Notes: a model not told the origin generated them from the sequence alone. A stretch of DNA of 54,468 bases from Candidatus Sericytochromatia bacterium (GCA_035285125.1 JAYKHR010000071.1:1-54468), one strand, 5' to 3'; shown: positions 1-10,141, numbered from the stretch's first letter. Made by a program: numbers and translations.

Positions 1-300
1 CTCCAAGAAATATTCTCGGTGAGTCAGCTTCAACTCGCGTTGAAGGCTAGCTCTCTTTTTGCTCTCTTCTTGAATCGACAAGAGCTTGGTGCGTTCGCTT
101 GGCTATTCAGTTGTCAAGGTCCTGATGCGACACGCATCAGAGCCGCCCGCCAGTCGCCCGGCGAATAAACCTTCTCCAGAGATCTTTCTTTCGACTGATT
201 CGCACGGAGCGCCTCGGAAGAGGACTCAACGCGACGTCCCGGAAAGGGGAGTGGGTCGGCTCGCTGCAGGTTCCGATAAACGGTGCGCCCGCTGCGTGTT
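1..300 (-). other. Probable rRNA operon leader; 16S rRNA 5' end truncated at window edge
   Basis: AT-richer non-coding-looking stretch. The minus strand ends ...ATATTTCTTGGAG at base 1, matching the usual TTGGAG|AGTTTGATC 16S start context. BoxA-like GACCTTGACAACTGAATA lies at 121..104. Confidence 0.6.
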
Positions 301-305
301 TGTTT

Positions 306-334
306 ATACTACCCAATCCTCGGGTATCGCGCAA
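306..334 (-). promoter_or_regulatory. Sigma70-type promoter for the putative rrn operon
   Basis: Minus strand TTGCGC (334-329), 17-nt spacer, TAGTAT (311-306). Confidence 0.5.
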
Positions 335-426
335 GCCCCTGATCTGAAACATCTTGCCCCCCCCTCCCAAGCATCCCGAGAGCCGCTCAGCGTGGCGAGT
401 CAGCGTCCAAGGCGACGCGATCTTCG

Positions 427-435
427 TGGTAAAAT
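427..435 (+). promoter_or_regulatory. Extended -10 promoter upstream of def operon
   Basis: TGG-TAAAAT about 100 nt before the def ATG. Confidence 0.4.
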
Positions 436-532
436 GAACCCGTGGAGCCGGGCGTTCGACGGCCGAGCCAGCCCAGCCAAAACCACCAGCCACGCCCCGC
501 GTGGCCCCAAACCAGAGGAGCCCAGGCACATT

Positions 533-1081
533 ATGGCGATTCTCGACATTCGTACGATCGGAGACCCTGTGCTGCGCGAGGTGGCCGAACCGGTGCGCAA
601 GGTGAACGCAGAGATCAAGCAACTCGTCGCGGACATGTTCGAGACGATGTACGCCGCGGAAGGCGTCGGTCTGGCCGCCCCACAGGTAGGAATCAGCAAG
701 CGTCTCTTCGTCATCGACGTGGGCGACGGGGAGCCCTTTGCACTCATCAACCCCGTGCTGGCAAAGGGTTGGAAGGAGATCGAAGACCAGGAGGGATGCC
801 TCAGCGTGCCCGGCGTCTACATGAAGGTCCTGCGGTTCGAACGGGTCTTGTTCAAGGGCAGGGACGAGAAGGGGCGGGCCGTGGAGATCGAAGCCACGGG
901 CCTCCTCGCCCGGGCGCTGCAGCACGAACTGGACCACCTCGACGGCAAGATCTTCGTGGACCTCGTCGAAGACAAGATGGCCGTCAACGCCGAGTTGGCA
1001 GAACTCAAGAAGCGGTTGCCCGAAGGGGCCCGCGTGACGCCCAAGCCCCCCCAACCAGAAGAGGCCGTCGCCGGTGCGTAA
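533..1081 (+). CDS. def: Peptide deformylase
   Basis: Motifs GVGLAAPQVG, EGCLSVPG, QHELDHLDG; start MAILDIRTIGDPVLR at 533. Confidence 0.97.
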   Translation: MAILDIRTIGDPVLREVAEPVRKVNAEIKQLVADMFETMYAAEGVGLAAPQVGISKRLFVIDVGDGEPFALINPVLAKGWKEIEDQEGCLSVPGVYMKVLRFERVLFKGRDEKGRAVEIEATGLLARALQHELDHLDGKIFVDLVEDKMAVNAELAELKKRLPEGARVTPKPPQPEEAVAGA

Positions 1082-1727
1082 ACCCTTTGTCATCGGTGTC
1101 GCCGGCGGTTCAGGTTCCGGCAAGACCACCGTCGCGCGGAACATTCTTCAAAGGACGGGGCCTCGCCATGTCGCCCACCTGCTCCATGACCACTACTATC
1201 ATGACCTCGCGCACCTGACGTTCGAAGAGCGGGCGCGGGTGAACTTCGACCACCCCGACTCCCTCGACAACGAGCTGTTTCGCGAGCACCTGCAAGCCCT
1301 CGCCGAGAACCGGCCCGTGGCGTGCCCGGTGTACGACTTCAAGACGCATCGACGCACCGGTGAGACGACCGGCATTGACCCGCGCCCCGTCATCCTCGTC
1401 GAGGGCATCCTCATCTTCGCGGACCCTGCCCTGCGCGCGATGATGGACCTGCGGATCTTCGTCGACACGGAGGCTGACCTCCGCGTCCTCCGGCGGGTGC
1501 AGCGAGACGTCGCAGAACGCGGCCGGACCCTTGAGTCCGTGATTGACCAGTACCTGGGCAGCGTACGCCCGATGCACAACGAGTTCGTCGCACCGAGCAA
1601 GAAGCACGCCAACATCGTGCTGCCGGAGGGTGGCATGAACCAGATGGCCATCGACGTCCTGATCGCCAAGGTGGATTCCATCTTGAAGCGCCACACCGCC
1701 CCCCTGACGGGTGGCCCCAACACCTGA
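1074..1727 (+). CDS. udk: Uridine kinase
   Basis: GVAGGSGSGKTT, NFDHPDS, ILVEGILIF, RRVQRDVAERGR, VRPMH. Confidence 0.96.
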   Translation: MRKPFVIGVAGGSGSGKTTVARNILQRTGPRHVAHLLHDHYYHDLAHLTFEERARVNFDHPDSLDNELFREHLQALAENRPVACPVYDFKTHRRTGETTGIDPRPVILVEGILIFADPALRAMMDLRIFVDTEADLRVLRRVQRDVAERGRTLESVIDQYLGSVRPMHNEFVAPSKKHANIVLPEGGMNQMAIDVLIAKVDSILKRHTAPLTGGPNT

Positions 1728-1738
1728 ACGAGCCCCGC

Positions 1739-2713
1739 ATGCCTCCACGCGTTCTCTTTATGGGCACTCCAGCCTTCGCCGTGCCGACGCTGGAGGCGCT
1801 GCACGCGGCGGGCTGGCAGGTGGTCGGCGCCGTCTGCCAACCCGACAAGCCCGTCGGACGCGGACAGGCCCTCACGCCACCTCCCGTGAAGGTGGCCGCA
1901 GAGCGGCTGGGCATCCCGGTGCTGCAGCCCGCGCGCCTTCGCGGCAACGACGAGGCCCTGGCGGCCATCCGGGTGCTCGAGCCTGACGTGGCCGTGGTCA
2001 TCGCCTACGGCAAGCTCCTGCCGGCCGCCTGGCTGACGCTGCCGCCCCACGGGTGTCTGAACCTTCATGGCTCGTTGCTGCCCCGCTACCGGGGGGCGGC
2101 CCCCATCCAGTGGGCGCTGATTCGGGGCGAGGTCGAGACGGGCGTCACCCTGATGCAGATGGACGAGGGCATGGACACCGGGGCGATGCTGGCCCGGGTG
2201 ACGTGCCCCATCGCCCCACAAGATGACGCGGCGAGCCTTGCGGAGAAGCTGTCGAAGGCCAGCGCCGCGCTGCTGATCGCCGAACTGCCCCGCTGGCTCT
2301 CCGGGGAACTCGTGCCCGAGGCGCAAGACGACAGGCTTGCCACCATGGCCCCCCTGCTCGGCAAAGACACGGGGGCCATCGACTGGACCCGGTCGGCGGC
2401 CGCCATCGTCGACCTTGCGCGGGGCGTGCAGCCCTGGCCGGGGGCCACGGCCAGCCTGCTGGGCCAACCACTCAAGCTTCGGACGCTGAAGGCGCGGCCG
2501 GCACCGCACGTTGCGCCCCCCGGCACGATTCTGGCCCTCGCGCCCGACGGCTGGCTGGTGGCTGCCGCGGAGGGCGCCGTGCTCGTCGGCGAGGTGCAGC
2601 TGCCGGGCAAGCCGATGCGCCCCGCCGCGGACGTCGCCCGCGGCTGGCGCGAGCTGGCGCCGGGTGCGGTCTTCGAGCCACGGCAACCCGCAGGGAGCGG
2701 CGCGGGTGGCTGA
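1739..2713 (+). CDS. fmt: Methionyl-tRNA formyltransferase
   Basis: FMGTPAFA, QPDKPVGRG, NLHGSLLPRYRGAAPIQ, MDEGMDTG. Confidence 0.97.
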   Translation: MPPRVLFMGTPAFAVPTLEALHAAGWQVVGAVCQPDKPVGRGQALTPPPVKVAAERLGIPVLQPARLRGNDEALAAIRVLEPDVAVVIAYGKLLPAAWLTLPPHGCLNLHGSLLPRYRGAAPIQWALIRGEVETGVTLMQMDEGMDTGAMLARVTCPIAPQDDAASLAEKLSKASAALLIAELPRWLSGELVPEAQDDRLATMAPLLGKDTGAIDWTRSAAAIVDLARGVQPWPGATASLLGQPLKLRTLKARPAPHVAPPGTILALAPDGWLVAAAEGAVLVGEVQLPGKPMRPAADVARGWRELAPGAVFEPRQPAGSGAGG

Positions 2714-4112
2714 CGCGAAGGGGCGGCCCCGCTCCCACAAGACGCCCCCCGCCCCCGTGGAGGCGCGAGGCTTTGCCCTGCAACGCCTGGTGGAGATCGA
2801 GGCCGGGGGGAGCTACGCCAACCTGGCTCTCAAGGGGTTAAGCGACCTACCTGCCCAGGAGCGCGGCCTTGCCACCGAGCTGGTGGGGGGCGTGACCCGG
2901 CGCCGCGGCACCCTCGACTGGTACCTGAGCCGGTTGCTCAAGGGCTCCCTCGCAGGCCTCACGCCCGTCATCCGCAACGTGTTGCGGCTCGGGGCTTACC
3001 AGCTGCTGTTCCTGACGCGGGTCCCCGCCTCGGCCGCCGTGGACGAGGCCGTGAAGCTGGCGCATCGCCACGGTCATGAGGGCGTGGCACGACTCGTCAA
3101 CGCCGTGCTCAGGAACCTGGTCCGGCAGCGCGCGGGCCTTGACGCGGCCCTTCCGGACCCCGGGTTGGACCCGATCGGCGCGTTGGAGGTTCGCTATGCC
3201 CTGCCGCGCTGGCTCGCGGCGCGCTGGCATGCGGAGCACGGGCCTGAAGCAGAGGCGCTGGGAGCCTGGAGCGTGCGCCCTGCCCAGCTGGCATTGCGGG
3301 TGAACCCGCTGCGCACGACGCGGGAGTCGATGCTGGCAGCGCTGGCGGCACATGGGGTTCCGGCCGTGCCGAGCGAGGTGGCCCCCGAAGGGATCCGCCT
3401 GCAGGCCCCGGCAGACCCGGCCCAGCTGCCGGGCTGGGACGATGGCTGGTTTTACGTGCAGGACGAGGCCGCGATGCTGGTCGCCCACGTGGTGGGGCCC
3501 GTGCCTGGCGAGTGCGTGCTCGACCTGGGGGCCGCCCCTGGGGGCAAGACGACCCACCTCGCAGCCCTGATGGCGGGGCGTGGCGAGCTCTGGGCTGTCG
3601 ACCGCTCTGCGGCGCGGCTGAAGCTGCTTGAGGCCAACCAGGCCCGCCTCGGCCTCACGGGGATCCGCACCCACGTGGGGGATGCAACGGACCTGACGGC
3701 GCTGCCCCTGGCCGACCGAATCTTGCTCGATGCCCCTTGCTCCGGGCTCGGGGTGCTGCCACGCAAACCGGATCTGCGCTGGCGGCAGACGCCAGAGGCC
3801 ATCGCCGACCTCGCCCCGCTGCAGGGTCGGATGCTCGACGCGGCCGCCTCCAGGCTGCGCCCCGGCGGTCGCCTGGTCTACAGCACGTGCACGATGGGCC
3901 GCGAGGAGAACCAGGCGGTCATCCAGGCGTTTCTCTCACGCCACCCCGAGTTCACCCCGGACGACTTCCGGGCCTGCCTGCCCGAGGCCTGGCGCGCCGA
4001 CACCGAGTTGGGGGGGGCGATGCTCCAGCTCCGGCCCGATCGCCACGGGGTCGATGGTTTCTTCATCGCGGCGTTGCGCCGGGGTATGATGAATGCGGAG
4101 GAAGACGCTTGA
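2706..4112 (+). CDS. rsmB: 16S rRNA m5C967 methyltransferase RsmB/Sun
   Basis: NusB-like N-terminus, DLGAAPGGKTT, DAPCSGLG, YSTCT; GTG start inferred, overlapping the fmt stop. Confidence 0.93.
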   Translation: MADAKGRPRSHKTPPAPVEARGFALQRLVEIEAGGSYANLALKGLSDLPAQERGLATELVGGVTRRRGTLDWYLSRLLKGSLAGLTPVIRNVLRLGAYQLLFLTRVPASAAVDEAVKLAHRHGHEGVARLVNAVLRNLVRQRAGLDAALPDPGLDPIGALEVRYALPRWLAARWHAEHGPEAEALGAWSVRPAQLALRVNPLRTTRESMLAALAAHGVPAVPSEVAPEGIRLQAPADPAQLPGWDDGWFYVQDEAAMLVAHVVGPVPGECVLDLGAAPGGKTTHLAALMAGRGELWAVDRSAARLKLLEANQARLGLTGIRTHVGDATDLTALPLADRILLDAPCSGLGVLPRKPDLRWRQTPEAIADLAPLQGRMLDAAASRLRPGGRLVYSTCTMGREENQAVIQAFLSRHPEFTPDDFRACLPEAWRADTELGGAMLQLRPDRHGVDGFFIAALRRGMMNAEEDA

Positions 4113-5140
4113 AGAGCCTGGTCGGACAAACGAAAGAAGAGCTCCGCACCCTTGCGCAGGCCCTCGGTCAGCCGCCGTACCGGGGCGATCAGCTGGCCAA
4201 GTGGCTCTATGAGAAGGGCGCCCGGGACCTCGACGCGATGTCGGACCTCCCTCGGGCCTTTCGAGAGGCCCTTGCAGAGGCAGGCTGGCAGGTCCCCGCG
4301 CTCACGGAGGTGACCCACCGCGAGGCGCCGGATGGCACCACCAAGTTCCTGTTCCGGGCGGCCGACGGCCGGGAAATCGAGAGCGTCTGGATCCCGTACC
4401 CCGACCGCGTCACGGCCTGCATCAGTTCGCAGGTCGGGTGCGCGATGCGGTGCTCGTTTTGCGCCACGGGGCAGCTCGGCTTCGAGCGCAACCTCACGCC
4501 AGGCGAGATCGTGGACCAGGTACTCGCCATGCAGGCCCTGCTCGGGCGCCGCATCTCGAACATCGTCTACATGGGAATGGGCGAACCGATGCTCAACTAC
4601 GACCACGTCCTGACCAGCGTGCGCCTCCTCAACAAGGGCGTGGGCATCGCGATGCGGCAGATCACGATCTCGACGGTGGGCGTGGTGCCGCAGATGCAGC
4701 GCCTGGCTCAGGAGAAGCTGCAACTTACGCTGGCCCTGTCTCTGCACGCGCCAAACGACGCGCTGCGCGACCAGCTGGTGCCCGTGAACACCAAGTTCAA
4801 GCTCCGTGACCTGCATAACGCGGTGAAGGAATACGAGGAGATCACCGGGCGCCGCGTGACGCTGGAGTACATCATGCTGGGTGGGGTGAACGACGCCGCC
4901 ACCCACGCCGACGAACTCGTGGCGTGGGCCCGCGGCCTGCACGTCCACATCAACCTCATCCCCTACCACCCCACGGGCGCGGAATTCTCCGCCACGCCGC
5001 CTGCCGCCATCCGGCAGTTCGCCCGCAGGCTCGAGACGGCCGGGTTCCCCACGGCCGTGCGGGCTGAGCGGGGGCTCGAGATCGAGGCGGCCTGCGGGCA
5101 ACTCAAGCGCCAGCTGGCCGTTGCTGCCCCCACCGCATGA
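4109..5140 (+). CDS. rlmN: 23S rRNA m2A2503 methyltransferase RlmN
   Basis: CISSQVGCAMRCSFCATG radical SAM motif, MGMGEP, SLHA, AACGQL; TTG start preceded by GGAGGA. Confidence 0.96.
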   Translation: MKSLVGQTKEELRTLAQALGQPPYRGDQLAKWLYEKGARDLDAMSDLPRAFREALAEAGWQVPALTEVTHREAPDGTTKFLFRAADGREIESVWIPYPDRVTACISSQVGCAMRCSFCATGQLGFERNLTPGEIVDQVLAMQALLGRRISNIVYMGMGEPMLNYDHVLTSVRLLNKGVGIAMRQITISTVGVVPQMQRLAQEKLQLTLALSLHAPNDALRDQLVPVNTKFKLRDLHNAVKEYEEITGRRVTLEYIMLGGVNDAATHADELVAWARGLHVHINLIPYHPTGAEFSATPPAAIRQFARRLETAGFPTAVRAERGLEIEAACGQLKRQLAVAAPTA

Positions 5141-6321
5141 AGGACGCTCACGGCCCGGAGTTGGCGCCAGACGCGCCGGACACCCTGGTGGGCATCGTCG
5201 TCTCCCAGCAGGCGAACTTCTTTTACGTGAAGGTGGGGGATGCCGAGTACGCCTGCCACATGCGCGGGCGGCTCAAGAAGGAAGGTGAGACGCCGCTGGT
5301 GGGTGATCGCGTCACGGTCGTGCTGGAGCCCGAAGCGCCCGGCGAGCCGCTGCCGCCCCCACGCGAGGGCTCTCTCGCTCTGCCCGAGGCCATCGTGAAG
5401 GGCATCCGACGCGGGGCCATACTGGCGATCGCCCCGCGCACGCACACCCTGGAGAGGCCGGCGATCGCCAACGTCGACCAGCTGCTCGTCACCGTGTCGG
5501 CGGACTCTCCACCCTTCTCTGCCCTGATGCTCGACCGGTTCTTGGTGGCCGCCAGCCGGTCGGGGCTCGAGCCCACCATCGTGGTCAACAAGCGGGACCT
5601 GGTCTCGGCGGAGACCCTGGCCGCCCAGACCACCCCGTACGTCCGCCTCGGCTACCGCGTGATCACGACGGAGGCGAGCGCCGACGGGGTGGCAACCCTG
5701 CTGCCGGCTCTCCAGGGTCGCATCTCGGTCCTGGCCGGGCCATCCGGTGTGGGCAAGAGCTCGCTCGTCAACGCCCTGCACCCGGGCCTCGGTCTGCGGG
5801 CGGCGGAGGTCTCCACCAAGCTGCAGCGAGGCCGCCACACCACCCGACACGCCGCGCTTTACCCCATTGAGGCAGCCCCGGGCGCGCTGTTGGCCGACAC
5901 GCCCGGGTTCAGCTACCTGTCGGTCGAGGACATCCACCCCGTGGACCTGGCCTGGGCGTTCCCTGAGATGCGCCCCCACATCCCCGCCTGCAAGTTCCCA
6001 AGCTGCCTGCATGTGACCGAGCCGATGTGCGCGGTGAGGGACCACCCCGACGTGTCACGCGCACGCTACGACAGCTACGTTCGATTGCTCGACGAGTGCC
6101 TGGCCGCCGAACGGGAAGCCGCGGAGCGCTCCAGCAAGGCCGAGGTCGCCTTCAAGCGGACGGATCGGCGCAGTGGCCAGGAGGCACGCCTGGTCAAGGT
6201 GGACGCAGCGGCCCGTCAGCGAGACCGCAAGACCCTGAACCAGCACCTCGAAACGCACTGGCATGAGGAGACGGAGGAGGACGCGGAGGACGCGGCTTCA
6301 CCCGAGCGGCCTAGGGTATAA
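5137..6321 (+). CDS. rsgA: Ribosome small subunit-dependent GTPase A
   Basis: NKRD, GPSGVGKSS, GRHTTRH, DTPGF, C-terminal CKFPSCLHVTEPMC zinc site. Confidence 0.95.
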   Translation: MKDAHGPELAPDAPDTLVGIVVSQQANFFYVKVGDAEYACHMRGRLKKEGETPLVGDRVTVVLEPEAPGEPLPPPREGSLALPEAIVKGIRRGAILAIAPRTHTLERPAIANVDQLLVTVSADSPPFSALMLDRFLVAASRSGLEPTIVVNKRDLVSAETLAAQTTPYVRLGYRVITTEASADGVATLLPALQGRISVLAGPSGVGKSSLVNALHPGLGLRAAEVSTKLQRGRHTTRHAALYPIEAAPGALLADTPGFSYLSVEDIHPVDLAWAFPEMRPHIPACKFPSCLHVTEPMCAVRDHPDVSRARYDSYVRLLDECLAAEREAAERSSKAEVAFKRTDRRSGQEARLVKVDAAARQRDRKTLNQHLETHWHEETEEDAEDAASPERPRV

Positions 6322-6322
6322 T
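6317..6322 (+). promoter_or_regulatory. Consensus -10 box upstream of lipoprotein gene
   Basis: Perfect TATAAT overlapping the rsgA stop codon in otherwise very GC-rich DNA; no clear -35. Confidence 0.35.
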
Positions 6323-6355
6323 AGGCACGTTGCCGCCCTCCTGAGCCCCAGAGCC

Positions 6356-8107
6356 ATGTCCCGCAGACTTCACCTCTCGGTTGCCGCCACCCTGTGCCTG
6401 CTGGCGGCCGCTTGTGCTGCCCCCACCCGTCCCGCCGCGACCGGCCCCGGCGAGCGGGTGCTGAAGCCCCAGGCCAGCCCCACCCCGCGCCCCAGGGCAT
6501 CAGGCCCGACCTTGCCCGGCACCGAGGGCAACTACGCGACGCCGGGCCCCTCCACGCCGGCCCCCACCCCCGTCCCCTCTCCCGGCGCCGTGGTCTACCG
6601 CCCCTTGAAGGGTGAGCCCGCTGCCAGTGGCAAGACGGTGCTCAAGGGCTCCATCTTCCGCACGGACGGCACCAAGGCCGAACGGGGCCCCAAGGTCACC
6701 ATCACGGGCAAAGGCGGCGGCACCCTCACGGCGGACGTGGAGGCGGGCACCTTCGAGTTCCCGAACGTCACCCCCGTGGGCCTGGCGGTGAGCGTGTCCG
6801 TCGACTGGTACGGCATGGGGCCTCGGACGCAGACCGTGAGCCTCACGCAAGGCAACGTGCACGTGCTCAACTTCGGCGAACCCGAGACCGAGACGGAGGC
6901 CTTCGCGCTGTCGAGCCATCCTGAGATCTCCAAGGTGACGCCCAGCGCCACGGCCAAGGACGTCGCCGGTGACAAGATTGCCATCGTGCTCAGCGTCAGC
7001 GAGGCGCTCACCGAGGTCAGTGCCAAAAACCTCGCGTCCTCCCTGCGCCTCTTGCCGCTCAATGACACCGCAGTGGGCGGCGGCGCAGCCCCCCCCGACC
7101 TGAGCGCATCGGGTCCCGCGGATGCCCTGAAGCCGGTGCAGACCAAGCTGGACGCCTTCCCTTACTTCATCCGCTTCTTCGACTGGAAGACCGAGGCCGC
7201 CAAGGAGGTGCTCACCCCGAAGCGCTTCCTCGAACAGGAAGCCAGCACCTCGCTGGATGCCGCCGTGCGCAACGTCTCCGTCAACTTCGGCGTGCCCCTG
7301 CTGAACAGCGGCAGCACGCCTGGGCGATACCAGCTGGCGCTCGTGCACGATCCGGAGCGCCCCATCAAGGACGTGGACGGCAACTTGCTGGGCACGGACG
7401 CAACTGGCAAGCTGAACTCGCAGCCCGCGGCGGGCGAGTTCCTCAACAACGTGTTCCTGTCTCCGTTCATCGGGCCAGAGGCGTTCAAACGCGACGATCT
7501 GAACACGCGCTGGGACTCCACCCACACCAACGCCGTCACCTTCACCCTGGCACCGGACAAGACGCCTCCCACGCTCGCGGGCGCGGCCGTGCGGGTTCAC
7601 ACCGGGGAGGCGGGGCCTCAGCACAAGCAAGGCGCAGGCACCTACCTCGAGTTCACCTTCAGCGAGCCCATCGTGGCCCTCGCCTCGCAAGGCGTCAGCC
7701 GCGACTCGTTGCGGGACCTGGCGAACTACACCTTCGCCGTGGGGCTGAACCAGGAGTACCTGTCGAGCACCGCGCTCCTGAGTGGCGGTAAGAAGCAGGG
7801 GGCCGCACCGCTCATCTCCCTCAAGACCTCGGTGAAAAACTTCGGCTCCGCTGGAGACTCAGAGCTCGGCAAGGAGTTCAGGTTGGTGGAGGACCCCGCC
7901 GCGAAGGTCACTGTTGACATCAGCGGGCTCAACAGGGTGACCATCCACGTCGCCAACCCCGAACTGTTCCACGCGCCCAACGCCAAGGCGCTGATGGCGC
8001 GCGTCGAAGGGGTCCACGACCCCGCCAACAATCCCATCCCGGCCGCCGAGGCCGACAAACCCGCCAACCAGCCGCGCGTGCAGATCGCCTACCCCCAAAC
8101 GCCCTGA
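6356..8107 (+). CDS. Hypothetical surface lipoprotein (paralog 1), Pro/Thr linker followed by beta-rich Ig-like domains
   Basis: Signal peptide with lipobox LAAAC; typical codon usage; extensive similarity to the next gene. Confidence 0.8.
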   Translation: MSRRLHLSVAATLCLLAAACAAPTRPAATGPGERVLKPQASPTPRPRASGPTLPGTEGNYATPGPSTPAPTPVPSPGAVVYRPLKGEPAASGKTVLKGSIFRTDGTKAERGPKVTITGKGGGTLTADVEAGTFEFPNVTPVGLAVSVSVDWYGMGPRTQTVSLTQGNVHVLNFGEPETETEAFALSSHPEISKVTPSATAKDVAGDKIAIVLSVSEALTEVSAKNLASSLRLLPLNDTAVGGGAAPPDLSASGPADALKPVQTKLDAFPYFIRFFDWKTEAAKEVLTPKRFLEQEASTSLDAAVRNVSVNFGVPLLNSGSTPGRYQLALVHDPERPIKDVDGNLLGTDATGKLNSQPAAGEFLNNVFLSPFIGPEAFKRDDLNTRWDSTHTNAVTFTLAPDKTPPTLAGAAVRVHTGEAGPQHKQGAGTYLEFTFSEPIVALASQGVSRDSLRDLANYTFAVGLNQEYLSSTALLSGGKKQGAAPLISLKTSVKNFGSAGDSELGKEFRLVEDPAAKVTVDISGLNRVTIHVANPELFHAPNAKALMARVEGVHDPANNPIPAAEADKPANQPRVQIAYPQTP

Positions 8108-8245
8108 CGGGGCCCCTACCCCGGGGGGAGGGCGGTCGGCCCCAAAGCCCGCCGCGCAGGCCGACACCCGCTGCAGGTTTGTCCGCAGGCCCGGCGGGGT
8201 TTGAAACGAACTAGCATCCCCTGCACCTGAAGGAACCGGCCTGAC

Positions 8246-10075
8246 GTGACCACCAGCCTTCGCCCGTCCCTGATTCCCCTCGCGACCTTGCTGATCCTGG
8301 CGGCCTGCGCCGCGCCGCCGACGCAGGCGCCCACCGGCCCCACTGAGCTGCGCCGCAACGTGGCGACGCCCGCGCCGTCGTCCCGCGCCTCCACTGCGGC
8401 CTCGCCGGGCTTCCTCACCGAGACGCCGGCCCCCTCCGGCCAACCGTCCACGGCAGCCAGTGGCCCTCCGACGAGCCCCGTGCCGACCTCCGGGCTCGTG
8501 CTCACGCCCCTGACGGGGACCCCGACGCCCTCGACGTCCGACACTGCCACGCCCCTGAAGACCTCGGACTTCCGGCCGCTGGTGGGGACCCCGAACGCGA
8601 ACGGCAAAACCACGCTGCGGGGCAGCGTCTACAAGAGCGACGGGACGAAGATCCTTCGGGGGCCGAAGGTCAGGCTCGTGCTCGCGGACAACCGCCAACG
8701 CGAGGTCGACGTGCTCGACGGCGCCTTCGAGATCGCGGGGGAGCCCGAGATCGGCGACGAGGTGACAATCACGGCGAACTGGTACGGGTATGCGCCGCGA
8801 ACCCAGCGCGTGCGGTTGGCCCGAGGCAACGACTACACGCTCAACTTCGGCGAACCGGGCAAGGAGACCGAGGTCTTCGGCCTGTCCACCCAGCCTGAGG
8901 TCTCTGCCGTCACGCCTGTCCAAAACGCCAAGGACGTGCCCGGCAACGTGATCTCCCTGGCCTTCAACCTGAGCGAGGCCTTGAACGAGGAGGCCATCAA
9001 GAACTTCGTCACCAGCGTGCGGCTGTTGCCGGCCAACGAGACGGCCGTCGATGGCGCCACCGCCCCGGTGGACCTGAGCCCCGGGGGCCCAGACGACGTG
9101 CTGAAGGCCGTGGCGGCCAAGCCTGAAGACTACCCCTACATGGTGCAGTTCTTCACGCCGGGCACGGGGGCCGAGCCGCCCAAGGGGCAGAGCTTCGTGG
9201 GCGCCGTGGCGGGCTATGGCGTCGACGGCTCCGCCCGCAATATCACCGTCAACTTCCCGGTGCCGCTGCTGAACGGGCAATCCCCCGGGCGCTACCAGGT
9301 GGCGCTGGTGCACGACCCCGCCCGCCCCATCAAGGACGTCGACGGCAACCTGCTCGGAACGGACAGAACCGGCACGCTCAACTCGGCCCCGGCAGCGGGC
9401 GAGTTTCTAAACAACGTCTTCGTCTCGCCCTTCATCGGCGCCGCCACCTTCAAGGCCGACAACGAGAACACCCGGTGGGACTCGACCCACGTCAACGCGA
9501 CGGCCTTCACGCTGGCGCCGGACAAGACGCCGCCGGCCCTGGCAGGCTTTGCCGTGCGCGTGGTCAAGACGCCGGATCTGAACATCGACACGCTCGGTCC
9601 GGGCACCTACATGGACTTCACGTTCAACGAAGCCGTCGTGGCTTATACCAAAGACAAGGGCGTCAGCCGGGCCCCGCTCCGGGACGTGGCCAATTACACC
9701 TTTGCCGTCGGCCTCAACACGGAGTACCTCTCCAGCACGGTCCTTCTCAGCGGGGGCAAAGGCGCGAATGCTGAGCCGCCGATCAACCTTCCCATCACGG
9801 CCAACGACTTTGGCGCGCAGGGCGACTCGCAACTCGGGAAGGAGTTCAAGCTCGTCGCGGACGCTGGGGCCACCGTCACCATCGACGTCGTGGCGCTCAA
9901 CCGCGTGCTCCTGTTCGTGCCGAACACGGAGCTGTTCAACCGCCTGAACGCCAAGGCCATCATGGCGCGGGTGGAGGCCGTCCAGGATCCGGCCAAGAAC
10001 GCGGTGCCAGCCGCGACCGCCGACAAGCTCGAGAACCAGCCCCGCGCAGCGATCGTCTTCCCGCCAGTCCCCTAG
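8246..10075 (+). CDS. Hypothetical surface lipoprotein (paralog 2)
   Basis: Lipobox LAAC; shares RPIKDVDGNLLGTD, PAAGEFLNNVF, NTRWDSTH, ANYTFAVGLN with paralog 1. Confidence 0.8.
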   Translation: MTTSLRPSLIPLATLLILAACAAPPTQAPTGPTELRRNVATPAPSSRASTAASPGFLTETPAPSGQPSTAASGPPTSPVPTSGLVLTPLTGTPTPSTSDTATPLKTSDFRPLVGTPNANGKTTLRGSVYKSDGTKILRGPKVRLVLADNRQREVDVLDGAFEIAGEPEIGDEVTITANWYGYAPRTQRVRLARGNDYTLNFGEPGKETEVFGLSTQPEVSAVTPVQNAKDVPGNVISLAFNLSEALNEEAIKNFVTSVRLLPANETAVDGATAPVDLSPGGPDDVLKAVAAKPEDYPYMVQFFTPGTGAEPPKGQSFVGAVAGYGVDGSARNITVNFPVPLLNGQSPGRYQVALVHDPARPIKDVDGNLLGTDRTGTLNSAPAAGEFLNNVFVSPFIGAATFKADNENTRWDSTHVNATAFTLAPDKTPPALAGFAVRVVKTPDLNIDTLGPGTYMDFTFNEAVVAYTKDKGVSRAPLRDVANYTFAVGLNTEYLSSTVLLSGGKGANAEPPINLPITANDFGAQGDSQLGKEFKLVADAGATVTIDVVALNRVLLFVPNTELFNRLNAKAIMARVEAVQDPAKNAVPAATADKLENQPRAAIVFPPVP

Positions 10076-10141
10076 AACGGCGGCCGTGCGCTAAAATGGG
10101 AACCTTCCCCAGCCATGGGGCCAAGCCTTTGGAGGTTCCTG

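Noticed and set aside
86..532. N-terminal extension of Def as given in the ORF track
   Set aside because: It overlaps promoter and rrn-leader-like sequence; deformylase homology starts at the ATG at 533.
10076..10141. T-box riboswitch upstream of thrS
   Set aside because: The intergenic region is only 66 nt and lacks a T-box consensus.
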